From assembly GCA_001563335.1 (NCBI GenBank), contig LRSL01000069.1:96001-160000 (forward strand): DNA of 64,000 bases, read 5' to 3'. The notes under the pieces were generated by a model. The model was not told where the DNA came from, ran no database searches, and saw only the letters and a program-made list of their open reading frames with translations. Below, piece after piece: positions 1 through 10,374 of this stretch. The translations under genes and the position numbers were made by a program. Source of the stretch: Candidatus Thorarchaeota archaeon SMTZ1-45 (GTDB lineage Archaea > Asgardarchaeota > Thorarchaeia > Thorarchaeales > Thorarchaeaceae). Positions within the stretch are counted from its first letter, which is position 1. Each line of letters begins with the position of its first letter.

Positions 1-421
1 AACCTGTCACGGTGAGTCTGCTTCAGGTCTTGTTTCTAGATGGAAACTCGGGCATGAAGTCCAAAATGATAATCTTGCGTTAATGGATATAATAGTCACA
101 CTTGAAAGGCCAACACCGGGTAAGTCAAAACGTAGAGTAAGTGAAATTGTAGAAATAAAAAGAAGAGTAGTAAATGGCATATTGGAATTTTCTGGTTTGA
201 ATAAAGTATATGATTATAATCAAGGAGTCAAAGATAACTGGTTTCATGATGGAGCATTTATGACCCGTGCAAGGGATCTCGGATTTGAGAGTCATATTCC
301 AGCCTTGAATACGTTGATTGATATAATTCGTGATAATGAGTACCCTTCTAATCTTGAGATGCTGAGTGAAGAAATGTGGTCCTATGGACATCCCATGAGA
401 TTTGCTGAACGTGAAATATGA
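1..421 (+). CDS. Type II/IV secretion (TadA/VirB11-like) ATPase, C-terminal part (5' truncated by window edge)
   Basis: Frame open from position 2: TCHGESASGLVSRW matches the His-box (TxHAxS) of secretion ATPases, followed by DIIVTL and RRVSEIVEI; pilin-like gene directly downstream. Confidence 0.75.
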   Translation, partial: TCHGESASGLVSRWKLGHEVQNDNLALMDIIVTLERPTPGKSKRRVSEIVEIKRRVVNGILEFSGLNKVYDYNQGVKDNWFHDGAFMTRARDLGFESHIPALNTLIDIIRDNEYPSNLEMLSEEMWSYGHPMRFAEREI

Positions 422-424
422 GAG

Positions 425-700
425 ATGAATGTGGCTCTTTTTGAGGACCTTATAAGGAATAGACTATACTTGAGTTTAAGGTGGAATTCTTTGGTAAAGG
501 ATGATAGTCTTCTTCGTAATGAGAAGGGAGGACCATTGGTTGAGGAGAGTCTACTTCTTGGTCTTGCAGTCGTTACGGTTTCCATTGTAATAGCAGTCAT
601 CCTTCAGGCTACAGGTTGGGCACAAGATGTTGTTGAAGGATTATTGCAGCTTTTACAGGATAGCTGGAGTAGTCTGACTCAATTATTTGGTACACCATAG
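425..700 (+). CDS. Flp/class III signal-peptide pilin-like protein
   Basis: LLRNEKG|GPLVEESLLLGLAVV: basic leader, Gly cleavage site, Glu at +5, hydrophobic helix, short amphipathic tail; true start may be later. Confidence 0.65.
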   Translation: MNVALFEDLIRNRLYLSLRWNSLVKDDSLLRNEKGGPLVEESLLLGLAVVTVSIVIAVILQATGWAQDVVEGLLQLLQDSWSSLTQLFGTP

Positions 701-785
701 TGGCTGATCTGTCTTTGTGGGGAAAGGCTTATTTGTGGAGTTCAAAACGAGCCCCATCGCGCTCCGGACTGGCAGTTCATTAATG

Positions 786-894
786 GCTCCGGTAGAACAT
801 TGTAGACTACCTACAATGATACCGATTGTAGTCCGGCCCAGCATGGGGGACTCTCGATCCCCCGACCCGGGTTCAAATCCCGGCCGGAGCACCA
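786..894 (+). tRNA. tRNA-Glu(CTC) with 31-nt intron at position 10/11 (796..826)
   Basis: Acceptor GCTCCGG/CCGGAGC-A-CCA, anticodon arm GGGGA-CT-CTC-GA-TCCCC, T arm CCGGG-TTCAAAT-CCCGG; BHB helix CGGT/ACCG. Confidence 0.92.
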
Positions 895-904
895 TGTTTC
901 AATT

Positions 905-2881
905 TTAACCTAGGAGATATCTTCGTCGAATAATCGGTATGGATGAAACTCCAACAGAAACAATGATTGCAATTACTAAACCAATCATGCCAATACCTTC
1001 TAGCGATTCTATATCAGCTATGGTTATTTCAATTAAGAATGATCCGTTTGTCGAGAGAACTGATTTTGAAGTTTCAGATTCATAGAATAAATTATAGTGA
1101 CCACTTATGAATGGAACCCTAAGATGAAGTATAAACATACCTCCTTCAGTGCTCACAGAAGAGAAACTAAGGTCTAACCATATGAAGTTCATCTGGACAC
1201 CTTGAATTAGTGATCCATTGAAACCTCTTAGTGTGAGCTGTATAGATAATTCATGAAGAGGAGCAATAATCTCATAGAAGTTAAGCTCAAGTCGTATGGG
1301 CATTACTTTAGTAACTTGAAAACTATAATCGTATTGAGCTAATGATTCGAATAGAGTATTGTTTCCATTGTATAATATAGAAGCAATGTATTGGTCTTCA
1401 ATATACGGAACCGAAAAAGAAAACGTAGCTTGACCATTAGAATCAGTGATTACAGAGAATTGGATTTCATTATTAATCAGAAGCTGTAGATGTTTGAATG
1501 AGGCATTTCCAGTCCAGTCATTCATCTGGATCTCGAGATAAATCTCCTGTCCTGGAGACGCATAATGTTCGATATTGGAGTTGATAACTGATATGATTGA
1601 AACTGACCAAGCTATGAAATTACATTTTGAGCTGGTATTCATGATGAATGAGTTGTTTGTGATTTCTATGTTTAGAGTATGAATACCTGGAGGTCCTTGG
1701 AGTTCATATCGAAAGATTGTGGTTATTTCAATGGAGTTTGAAGTTAGTATGAATCTCTGATTAGATGTAGAGTCATATATTGAAATTAGTGATTTTGGAA
1801 TAGCTCGTTTGAATAAATCAAAAACAGTGATTTCAATTTGGATATTTGACCCAATATCAACTGAATCAGGTATGTTGGTCATGATTTGTACAGGGCTTAA
1901 CACAGAAAAAGGGATTTCAAAGGTAGACTCAAAAAACCGTTCTGTACCATTATACTCTATCTTCAATGTATGGAGTCCTAGTATGAAACTTTCGTCAATG
2001 TTCATTTGAATGTGAGCAATTCCTGAGTTGTTGGTTGCAGTAAGAAGTAAGAATGTTTCATCGAAGAATACTTTTAGAAACTCATTTGCAAGTGAACCGT
2101 TTTCTTGAGATAGCTCAATATACAAGTCTATGGATTCATTGAGAACAACTTCATTTGGAATTGGAGTTTGAGGTGTAAGTGAAGTAGGTATTTTTGCTAT
2201 CTCGATTATGAATGTGATTTCTGATGAGTCTAAGAAATTGTGAAAGTCTTGATCATAGACAACACGGATTTCATTATCTCCTAGTGTGATCCATGAACTA
2301 TTACATATTATTTCGAAGTGAATACTTCCTGAAGTGTTGGTTGTATTCACTGCAAGTGGCATACTATCCTTGAAAACTGTTATAGTTGCATTTGATATTG
2401 GGTTATTTGCATCATCAATCATGTGGATTAAAAAAGAAAGAGTATCTCCTGGAGCTAGCAAACTGGGGACTTGATTGATTTCAATATTTGTGGAAGATAA
2501 TATTGTTAATACTATCCATTGACAGGATGATAATAGTGAAAGGGACTCATTACCATAGAATGTTGCATTGATAATTGTTGGTCCAAGAGTGTGATTTGAA
2601 GGAATATTCCACTCAATGAATGCAATACCACTACTATTTGTCTTGTCTGAACCTAAGTAGGTATCATATGTCTGGTCAAAAAAGAATATTTTCTGATTTG
2701 GTATGGGATTGCCATATGTACCATTCTGAAGAAGCATTGCAGTTATTGTAATTGTTTCCCCTCTAATTACTACTATTTCGCCCTCTGCTACAGCAGACTC
2801 AGTATTGAATGTAGCTAACGAGAGCAATATTAAGACTATGAGTATGATTGGGAAACAGTATGATTTTTTGATAATGTACAC
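905..2881 (-). CDS. Secreted, C-terminally anchored surface protein with repeated Ig-like beta-sandwich domains
   Basis: N-terminal signal peptide, repeated T(D/N)xxG(I/Q)A and YxGN motifs, many NxS/T sequons, C-terminal TM helix followed by RRR. Confidence 0.7.
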   Translation of the reverse strand: MYIIKKSYCFPIILIVLILLSLATFNTESAVAEGEIVVIRGETITITAMLLQNGTYGNPIPNQKIFFFDQTYDTYLGSDKTNSSGIAFIEWNIPSNHTLGPTIINATFYGNESLSLLSSCQWIVLTILSSTNIEINQVPSLLAPGDTLSFLIHMIDDANNPISNATITVFKDSMPLAVNTTNTSGSIHFEIICNSSWITLGDNEIRVVYDQDFHNFLDSSEITFIIEIAKIPTSLTPQTPIPNEVVLNESIDLYIELSQENGSLANEFLKVFFDETFLLLTATNNSGIAHIQMNIDESFILGLHTLKIEYNGTERFFESTFEIPFSVLSPVQIMTNIPDSVDIGSNIQIEITVFDLFKRAIPKSLISIYDSTSNQRFILTSNSIEITTIFRYELQGPPGIHTLNIEITNNSFIMNTSSKCNFIAWSVSIISVINSNIEHYASPGQEIYLEIQMNDWTGNASFKHLQLLINNEIQFSVITDSNGQATFSFSVPYIEDQYIASILYNGNNTLFESLAQYDYSFQVTKVMPIRLELNFYEIIAPLHELSIQLTLRGFNGSLIQGVQMNFIWLDLSFSSVSTEGGMFILHLRVPFISGHYNLFYESETSKSVLSTNGSFLIEITIADIESLEGIGMIGLVIAIIVSVGVSSIPIIRRRYLLG

Positions 2882-3151
2882 CCCCTCAGGGATGGTATTA
2901 GTTTCGTTCTTGTAATAGAATAATAATTGGGAGTAGAGAGAACAGATATTGTGTTCAAATATGGATCATATGGGATTGTTCCTCTAATGCTGCATCACCA
3001 TTTCATCAGTCTGTTTCTAGGTTTTTATTCTCCTATATAGTGACAATCGCTATGTGATTGATTTGGGGGTGTTCTTATGCCTAGTAGATGTACGATGATT
3101 CGGTTCCTCAAACAGCTATTCATAGACTAAGATGAAGATGAGGATGAATAG

Positions 3152-6100
3152 ATGCCATTTCAAACAACCCAACTAGAAGAAACAGGACTAGTTCCTCATG
3201 ATTTATTCAGAAAACAAAAATCATGGTTGAGCATAATTTGGATCATTGGAACCTTTTTTTCTGGAATCTATTTGTTTTTTGTTTATATCCTACCATTGAG
3301 TGGACTGATTAATACTCCTTTTATTCCATTCAAGACATTGGTTGAAATGGCTATCTGCTTAATTCCTATTTTTTTTGGATTATCACTTGCTATGAGAAAG
3401 ATTCGTATTCAGATTCCTTTGGTTTATGTTGAGAATAATACATTACTAGTTCACCTGGATACCTATATGATTGGAACATGTTGTCTTGATGTTGTATCAG
3501 TATCTGGTTCAGTTTATCTTGATGATAATGGAAAACCGAGGTACATTGATAGTATGCTATTGGCTATGCGCGCAGGAATGAGTAAATCAGTTACTATGGC
3601 TTTTGAGGTAGGAGTATCAAATGGTGAACCATTCTTACGATTTTTCGTAACTACATCTGGCTATAACTCAGGAGAAATTCATGATATTCTAAGAAGAGAA
3701 GCTACTAGGATAGAAGCGATTCTTTTGTCATCTCTAAAAAATGTGGAGCTGAAACTTCTAGAGGGGGAGTCATTACGAGATTGTGCTTTGGTTCATATTG
3801 AGGAAGTAAATATTGAATCTGAAAAGTTAGTTATCAAAGATAATATTGGATTAGTAGGTTTAATGGGATTACAAGGTTTACCTCGAGTATTTCCTACTCA
3901 GGAAGCTACTCAAGTAGGGACTTTTATTTCAACAGCACTTAGACAAGGATATTCAACAAGTATGACCTGCGTGTTTTCTGCTGCTAAACCTGGAAAAGAA
4001 AAACGTTTGCTTGAGAATCAATGGAAAAATATTCAGACAAAAGAGAAACGAAAAGAGGAATCGCTTCAGGAGTTTGCAACGAAGAAGAAATTACTGGTGC
4101 GTTATGAAGAAATTCAGGATAAAGCAGGTTGGTTTGATGTTACTGTGTATTTTAAAATTCGAGCACCATCTAGAAATCAGATTAATGCTTATTTGGATAT
4201 AATTAGCGGTCTTGTTCATTCAATATGGGGTGGCGATGATTCTATCAAGCTTACTCGTCAAAGAATATCAAAGCGGACTATATTTAGGATATTAACTCGA
4301 CGACATTTGAAACGTCAACGTTTACATATAGCTCGATTATCATCTTTTATTAACACACCAATTCAACAGTTACCTGTCATCACTCCAAAACAGACTCCAA
4401 TATTTTCAGTTCCTCCAAGGAGATTGATAGATAATGAGCTCGTTATTGGTGAGACAGTCTTTGGTGGTCGACATTTATCTAAAGTGGGATTAGAAGTTAA
4501 TTGGTTAAGAGATCATGTTGCAATCTTAGGGGCAACTGGAACTGGAAAAACAACAGTTGTCAAGCATCTTATGAGTCAATTGAGTATGAAAACAGATGTA
4601 TCTTGGTGGATTTTTGATCTCAAGGGTTCTGAATACCTTGATCTTGCTGGTTATGATGAGTCGAATATTCTTGTTCTTAGACCAGGCTTTGATACTTCTT
4701 TTGTGATTAATCTCATTGATGATGAAATGGCAAATGATGAGAATTATGCACATTCTACATTTGTGATATTACGAGAACTATTGAATGAAAGAGGTGATTC
4801 ATCTGAACTTTCTCCAGCAATGGAAAAATTACTTTGGGATTCTATAATGAGAATGGTGGATTCACTCAATCAAGGGAATTCAGTTCAGTTTTTAGTTGAG
4901 ATAGTATCAGAACTGGCAGGTAATGATCGTATAGGAAATATGACTAGAGATGCTTTACTCAATCGTCTTGAAATACTAATTCGTGAACCGCTAGGTACCA
5001 TACTTGGAGGTGGATCTGCAACAGTTCGATTTTCAGACCTGTTAAATAAACGTGTCATCTTTGATCTTTCATACGTTGCACGAATAGGAGGAATGGATTC
5101 TGCTCGGCTCCTCTACAATCTTGTCGCTAAGCGTATTTTTGATAGCGCAATGAAACGAGGTATCACAGAGGGATTGCATCATGTTGTTGTGTTAGAAGAA
5201 GCGAGTAATCTTGTACCAGAGAGCTATACAAGACACTCTGCTGCAGATGTGACAACTGGAGAATCTATGGTTATGTTGCAACGGGCTACTGGACAAGGTG
5301 TTATTGTGATATCAACCAGGCCGAATATATCCTCTAATATTCTAGCAAATACTTCAACAAAGATTGTATTTCGTTTACCATATGACAGCCAAATTGGTGG
5401 AAGATTTCTCTCTTTAAATGATGATCAGGAGCAGTATCTTAAGATGTTGAAACGGGGAAGAGCATTGATGAGTGTCCCTCACACTGAAACTTTTGAGATT
5501 GTCACAGAGCCATTTCATGGGTCTTTGATACAAAAGGATGAAACTATTCTATCTGAAAAAGAGCTGATTCATAGTATTGCAAAATCTACATCGAAAAAGA
5601 AAGAGGATTTGGGTGTACAAGATATATCTGAACCAGACAAAGATGTTAAGGAGCAGACACTTGTCTTTAATAGGCTCGATAGACTTGGGAGTCATGTCGT
5701 TGCATTTTTGGCCTCTGAAGAATGGGCAACCGAGGAGGAAATTCGTAATCTTCTTGCAGTTTTAGATTCCAATGTTGTAGATGATGATATATCAGAAGTA
5801 ATTCGCAATCTTGTATCATTAGGCAGTATAGAAAGAGAAGCCTTATCACTAGTCGATGGAGGATTTGTGTTTGCTCTTCCAGGAAAAGCCTTGAATGCTG
5901 TTAAACATGTGATTATTGAATATATATCTAAAAGACTTGGAATGGAATTCAATCCTTCTGCTATTTCTGAAAATCCGAATTGGCCAGATATTGTTCTTGA
6001 AGATAGAGCTTTGGTAATAATTCCTGAGCATCTGAGAGTATCATCATTGGAATTAACATTAGAAAAAATACGAAAACAAATGGGCAAGCTTCAGAATGGT

Positions 6101-6940
6101 GTAAGTGAGCTCATTGTTGTTGTCAGAGGAAGTGTAGCTGCTGCAAAGTTGAGAGAATTAATGGATTCATCAGAGGAGTTTAATGATGTTTGCGTTGTTT
6201 CAGCGTTTCCGAGGTCACTTGATTCTGTGATTGAAGGGTTAACTCATGAAGTTGATTTATCTAAAGAACCTTCGATTCAAACAAAACTAACTGATGATGC
6301 AGATTTGAATGGAGAAGTTGGTTTGATTGGTGCTATACATGATGTAGGATCCGCAACAAATCGAGCTATTCAGATTCGATTATGGTTTGGGCTTATTCAG
6401 GATTTAGTGGACATATCTAATGGTCAAGTTAGATGGGAGGAATTGTTGGAGTTCATTGAAACTACAGCTTTGCAATCATTAAAAGGTAGAACAGCTCCAT
6501 TGAGTATTGAAGAGGGTAAACGGGCTCTAACAGAACTTCTAGCTGATGAAGTTCTAATTGCATTACGTGTTAATGAAGAGTCTGAATTTGTAGAGCTTTC
6601 AAAAGGTCTCTGGTTGGTAAATTCGTCAGTTCTAAAAAGTTTGAAAGAAAAGGCAATTGTGAGTCTAGAGGAAGATCTGAAGAAATACCACTCTGAGGTG
6701 AAAAGAAATCATGGATATTATGATCTTTGTGTTAGTAATGCATCTTATGTCATATTTCCGAATCAACAACAATTGAATACGCTTTTGCATCTACATAGTG
6801 ATATCGCATGTAGGATGTGTAAATCGACAAAAGTTGTGTGTGTTTTAACTGCAGCAGAATATTTGGAGGAAAGTGTGACAACACCAAGTAATCTGATTAT
6901 CAAGACCATTGATGATAGAATATCAGCTTTTGCGACTTAA
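3152..6940 (+). CDS. Membrane-anchored HerA/VirB4-like (DUF87) ATPase with long C-terminal extension
   Basis: Two N-terminal TM helices; HVAILGATGTGKTT Walker A; IFDLKGSEY; VVVLEEA Walker B; ILANTSTKIVFRL. Confidence 0.8.
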   Translation: MPFQTTQLEETGLVPHDLFRKQKSWLSIIWIIGTFFSGIYLFFVYILPLSGLINTPFIPFKTLVEMAICLIPIFFGLSLAMRKIRIQIPLVYVENNTLLVHLDTYMIGTCCLDVVSVSGSVYLDDNGKPRYIDSMLLAMRAGMSKSVTMAFEVGVSNGEPFLRFFVTTSGYNSGEIHDILRREATRIEAILLSSLKNVELKLLEGESLRDCALVHIEEVNIESEKLVIKDNIGLVGLMGLQGLPRVFPTQEATQVGTFISTALRQGYSTSMTCVFSAAKPGKEKRLLENQWKNIQTKEKRKEESLQEFATKKKLLVRYEEIQDKAGWFDVTVYFKIRAPSRNQINAYLDIISGLVHSIWGGDDSIKLTRQRISKRTIFRILTRRHLKRQRLHIARLSSFINTPIQQLPVITPKQTPIFSVPPRRLIDNELVIGETVFGGRHLSKVGLEVNWLRDHVAILGATGTGKTTVVKHLMSQLSMKTDVSWWIFDLKGSEYLDLAGYDESNILVLRPGFDTSFVINLIDDEMANDENYAHSTFVILRELLNERGDSSELSPAMEKLLWDSIMRMVDSLNQGNSVQFLVEIVSELAGNDRIGNMTRDALLNRLEILIREPLGTILGGGSATVRFSDLLNKRVIFDLSYVARIGGMDSARLLYNLVAKRIFDSAMKRGITEGLHHVVVLEEASNLVPESYTRHSAADVTTGESMVMLQRATGQGVIVISTRPNISSNILANTSTKIVFRLPYDSQIGGRFLSLNDDQEQYLKMLKRGRALMSVPHTETFEIVTEPFHGSLIQKDETILSEKELIHSIAKSTSKKKEDLGVQDISEPDKDVKEQTLVFNRLDRLGSHVVAFLASEEWATEEEIRNLLAVLDSNVVDDDISEVIRNLVSLGSIEREALSLVDGGFVFALPGKALNAVKHVIIEYISKRLGMEFNPSAISENPNWPDIVLEDRALVIIPEHLRVSSLELTLEKIRKQMGKLQNGVSELIVVVRGSVAAAKLRELMDSSEEFNDVCVVSAFPRSLDSVIEGLTHEVDLSKEPSIQTKLTDDADLNGEVGLIGAIHDVGSATNRAIQIRLWFGLIQDLVDISNGQVRWEELLEFIETTALQSLKGRTAPLSIEEGKRALTELLADEVLIALRVNEESEFVELSKGLWLVNSSVLKSLKEKAIVSLEEDLKKYHSEVKRNHGYYDLCVSNASYVIFPNQQQLNTLLHLHSDIACRMCKSTKVVCVLTAAEYLEESVTTPSNLIIKTIDDRISAFAT

Positions 6941-6941
6941 A

Positions 6942-7736
6942 TTATGATTGGATTCTTGTGCAAGTAATTGGTTCACTTTGTAGTAATAGCTTCAAATGAT
7001 CAGGTATTGTCAAATTAAAAATGATGATCTCTCTATCTATTCCTGCAATCTCAAGAAGTTCATTTACTTTTTTCATCATGCCACCAGTAACGTCTGTATT
7101 AGTTGAAGGTCCTGTTTTGGAAAGAATGATTTCCTTGTTTTCTCGATTTATTATGGGAATATGTTTAGCTGCAGGATTCAATTTTGGATTATCGTCTAAG
7201 ACTCCATCAACATCAGTTCCAATGAATATTGATTTTGCATTCATCTGTTTAGCAAGAAACACTGCTATTGTATCGCCACTAAGAATAGATGCTGTTCTTT
7301 CTTCATCAAAACAAACATCACCATGTGTTATTACAACTAATCCATTATCCAATGACCTCTTAATCGTGTCAGTTGGAAAATCTTGTATTATACCATTTTT
7401 CAAAGTAACAAAACAGAAAGGAGGAATTACTATAGCAGGTATTCCTATTTTATTTAGGCTGGTTTCTACAGATAATGCAAGTTTTGACATATTATGGCGT
7501 ATGGGTGGAATGCCTCTCAAGAGAAGTTCTTTGGGACTATTTGAATCTGCATATCCATACAACTGAGCAGCTTGATGGCCATGAGCTCCACCACCAAGAA
7601 CGATAATAAGTTCACCTCTATATGTTTGTAGTTCTTTAGTAATTCGATTCAAGTTTGCTATATTGATTCTTGGAGGTGATGATTCTTTGTGTGTTATCAC
7701 TGATCCACCTAATTTTACGATTGTGAGGTGTGTCAA
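6942..7736 (-). CDS. ipk: Isopentenyl phosphate kinase (amino-acid kinase family)
   Basis: IVKLGGSVITHK, GGGAHGH, HGDV, SGD, TDVDGV, DVTGGM motifs; TTG start at 7736 preferred. Confidence 0.85.
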   Translation of the reverse strand: MTHLTIVKLGGSVITHKESSPPRINIANLNRITKELQTYRGELIIVLGGGAHGHQAAQLYGYADSNSPKELLLRGIPPIRHNMSKLALSVETSLNKIGIPAIVIPPFCFVTLKNGIIQDFPTDTIKRSLDNGLVVITHGDVCFDEERTASILSGDTIAVFLAKQMNAKSIFIGTDVDGVLDDNPKLNPAAKHIPIINRENKEIILSKTGPSTNTDVTGGMMKKVNELLEIAGIDREIIIFNLTIPDHLKLLLQSEPITCTRIQS

Positions 7737-7878
7737 TTGTATCACATATATCAAGACGTGAGGCATGCTTATGGACGTTACTTTCTCAAGGTTATAGTGT
7801 GTCACACACAAGACAAGCTTTTTATCCAGTTCAGATTTGGAGGCATTTGACACCTCGCTAGCATTGAGGGATTCTTAA

Positions 7879-8190
7879 ATGACACAAAGAGCAAGAATCA
7901 GACTATCAAGCACAAGTACAGAACATCTTGATGGTGTTTGTAATCAAATTAAGAGGATTACTCGCAAGACAGGTGTCCGGATGGCTGGTCCTATCCCTCT
8001 ACCTACTCGTAGAATGGTTATACCTACAAGAAAAACTCCTTGTGGTCAAGGGTCTGAATCTTGGGACAAGTGGGAAATGAGAGTTCATAAACGATTGATT
8101 GATATTGATGCGGATGAAAGAGCTATCCGTCAAATAATGCGTGTAAGAATTCCGGACTCTGTATATATTGAGATTGAATTGACTGGATAA
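7879..8190 (+). CDS. rps10: 30S ribosomal protein S10 (uS10)
   Basis: GPIPLPT...[25 protein letters not shown] archaeal S10 signature. Confidence 0.98.
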   Translation: MTQRARIRLSSTSTEHLDGVCNQIKRITRKTGVRMAGPIPLPTRRMVIPTRKTPCGQGSESWDKWEMRVHKRLIDIDADERAIRQIMRVRIPDSVYIEIELTG

Positions 8191-8259
8191 TCTTCACTGA
8201 CACAAACTCTTTTTGCATAATATCACAAGAATTTCTACTGCTCATGAGGTATCTCGGAG

Positions 8260-10083
8260 ATGTGTGGAATAATTGCTGTAATTCAGGAACGTGGTGTTGT
8301 TGCTCCATTCCTTCATCAAGCCCTAAAACGACTTGAATATCGTGGTTATGATTCAGTTGGGGTGACTACCATTGCAAATAATACATTATACACCAAGAAA
8401 GACAAAGGAAAGATTGAGGAAGTTCACAAACGGCTCAATCTTGACGAGATGCCAGGACTAATCGGGATTGGACATACTCGATGGGCAACTCATGGAGCAC
8501 CATCTATGCTAAACGCACATCCACATTTTGATTGTGAAGATAAGATTGCAGTTGTTCATAATGGAGTAATTGATAATTTTATAGAATTGAGAAAAGAGCT
8601 AAGTGAAAAAGGACACAAGTTCAATTCTGAAACTGATACTGAGGTTATACCTCATATGATTGAGGATTTTGTAAAAGATGGGCTCGGTTTGATTGAAGCT
8701 ATCAAAGAAGTTACCAAGCGTATTGAAGGCACATATGCAATAGTAGCTATGTCAACTGAAGAAAGTGATAAAATTGTATGTACACGTGATGGTAATCCTT
8801 TAGTCATTGGAACAAAATCTGGAGCCTCATACGTTTCTTCAGATATTCCTGCTTTTTTACCTATGACTAATGATATGATTCTGCTTCTAGATGGAGAGAT
8901 TGCAAGTCTCACAACTGAAGGTATTCATATTGAGAAATTGTCAAATGGCGCAATAGTCGATCGAGAAACTATCAAGATTAGTTGGACTGCTGATCAAGCA
9001 AAGAAAAGTGGATATCCTCACTTTATGTTAAAAGAGATACATGAGCAACCTGATGCTATTAAAGAAACACTTAGGCTCCGACCAGAAATCGTAAAAGAAG
9101 CGGCAAGTATAATCAAAGAATCTGAAAATGTGTATATGATAGCAATGGGCACATCAGGACATGCAGCGCAAGCAGGACGCCATATGTTTGCATCATTGGC
9201 AGGTATACTTCCATCATTTGAATTGGCGAGTGATTTTCCAGATACAGTTTATGGATCATTATCGGAGAAGGACTGTATTATAGCTATTACACAATCGGGT
9301 GAAACCACAGATACGATTACTGCTGTTAAATATGCAAAACAACATGGTTCGAAGATTATAGCAATCACTAATGTTGTTGGAAGCTCGATAACGCGTCTTG
9401 CTAATCATACTATTATAACTCAAGCTGGACCCGAGATAGGTGTAGCTGCAACAAAGACTTTCATGGTTCAGCTTACTTCTCTTGCTTTAATTGCACTAGA
9501 ATTGGGAGAAATGACAGGTTTTAGGAATTCCAAGGAGATTGTAAAGAAACGGAATTCTTTAGAGAAATTACCTGAGCTTGTTTCAGAAGTCATATCAAGA
9601 AATGAAGAAAAAGCTAGAAGATTAGCTTCAATTCTTCATGAGAAACCGAGCCTTCTTTTCTTAGGAAGAGGTATTTCCATAGCAACTGCTGAAGAGGGGG
9701 CATTAAAACTCAAAGAAATTTCTTATAATCATGCAGAGGCATACTCTGCTGGTGAATCAAAACATGGACCTATTGCACTTGTTCAGAATGATTATCCTGT
9801 CATATTCATAGCTCCTTCTGATGATACTAGGAATCGAATTGTTGGTAATATAATGGAAATGAAAGCAAGAGGTGCAAAAATCATATCTGTAATCCAAAAA
9901 GATGATGATGAGATTAGGGATTTATCGGATTATGTGTTTACAATTCCTGAGATTGTAGAATCGGAATATTCTGTGATGCCATACATTGTTCCTTTGCAGT
10001 TGTTCAGCTATTATATGGCTTTGAGAAAAGGCTATGATCCTGATAAACCACGGAATCTAGCAAAATCAGTCACTGTTCTTTAG
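8260..10083 (+). CDS. glmS: Glutamine--fructose-6-phosphate aminotransferase
   Basis: MCGI N-terminus, GHTRWATHG, TQSGET, PRNLAKSVTV C-terminus. Confidence 0.98.
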   Translation: MCGIIAVIQERGVVAPFLHQALKRLEYRGYDSVGVTTIANNTLYTKKDKGKIEEVHKRLNLDEMPGLIGIGHTRWATHGAPSMLNAHPHFDCEDKIAVVHNGVIDNFIELRKELSEKGHKFNSETDTEVIPHMIEDFVKDGLGLIEAIKEVTKRIEGTYAIVAMSTEESDKIVCTRDGNPLVIGTKSGASYVSSDIPAFLPMTNDMILLLDGEIASLTTEGIHIEKLSNGAIVDRETIKISWTADQAKKSGYPHFMLKEIHEQPDAIKETLRLRPEIVKEAASIIKESENVYMIAMGTSGHAAQAGRHMFASLAGILPSFELASDFPDTVYGSLSEKDCIIAITQSGETTDTITAVKYAKQHGSKIIAITNVVGSSITRLANHTIITQAGPEIGVAATKTFMVQLTSLALIALELGEMTGFRNSKEIVKKRNSLEKLPELVSEVISRNEEKARRLASILHEKPSLLFLGRGISIATAEEGALKLKEISYNHAEAYSAGESKHGPIALVQNDYPVIFIAPSDDTRNRIVGNIMEMKARGAKIISVIQKDDDEIRDLSDYVFTIPEIVESEYSVMPYIVPLQLFSYYMALRKGYDPDKPRNLAKSVTVL

Positions 10084-10116
10084 GTCTTTAAATTATATGA
10101 ATCATTAGAGTATATT

Positions 10117-10374
10117 GTGAAACCAATGTGGCTGTTTTCGATTCTTAGTCCATTAACTGATTTCGCGAATTTGATAACGGATTATTTTATTGAAATCTGG
10201 GACTTCCTCATTTTCATAGGGAACATTTCAGCATTCATAGTTGTTTTAGTAGGTGCGATTCTGTGGTTTACAGGTATTAATGATAAGAGAGGAAAGGGAT
10301 TGATTTTTAGTGGTATTCTTCTAGCGATTATTATTCAATACTTTATGTTTTACCCACCTTCATTTGTGTTATAG
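10117..10374 (+). CDS. Small two-TM membrane protein, possibly VirB2/TrbC-like pilin
   Basis: Hydrophobic hairpin IVVLVGAILW...KRGKGLIFSGILLAIII. Confidence 0.5.
   Translation: MKPMWLFSILSPLTDFANLITDYFIEIWDFLIFIGNISAFIVVLVGAILWFTGINDKRGKGLIFSGILLAIIIQYFMFYPPSFVL

Noticed and set aside
761-767. Second GCTCCGG upstream of tRNA-Glu as an alternative 5' exon
   Set aside because: No convincing BHB links it, and the copy at 786 gives a complete tRNA
683-908. Short ORFs on both strands
   Set aside because: Shadow ORFs over tRNA-Glu
7021-7566. 181-aa plus-strand ORF, and similar antisense ORFs throughout the window
   Set aside because: Antisense shadows of well-supported genes
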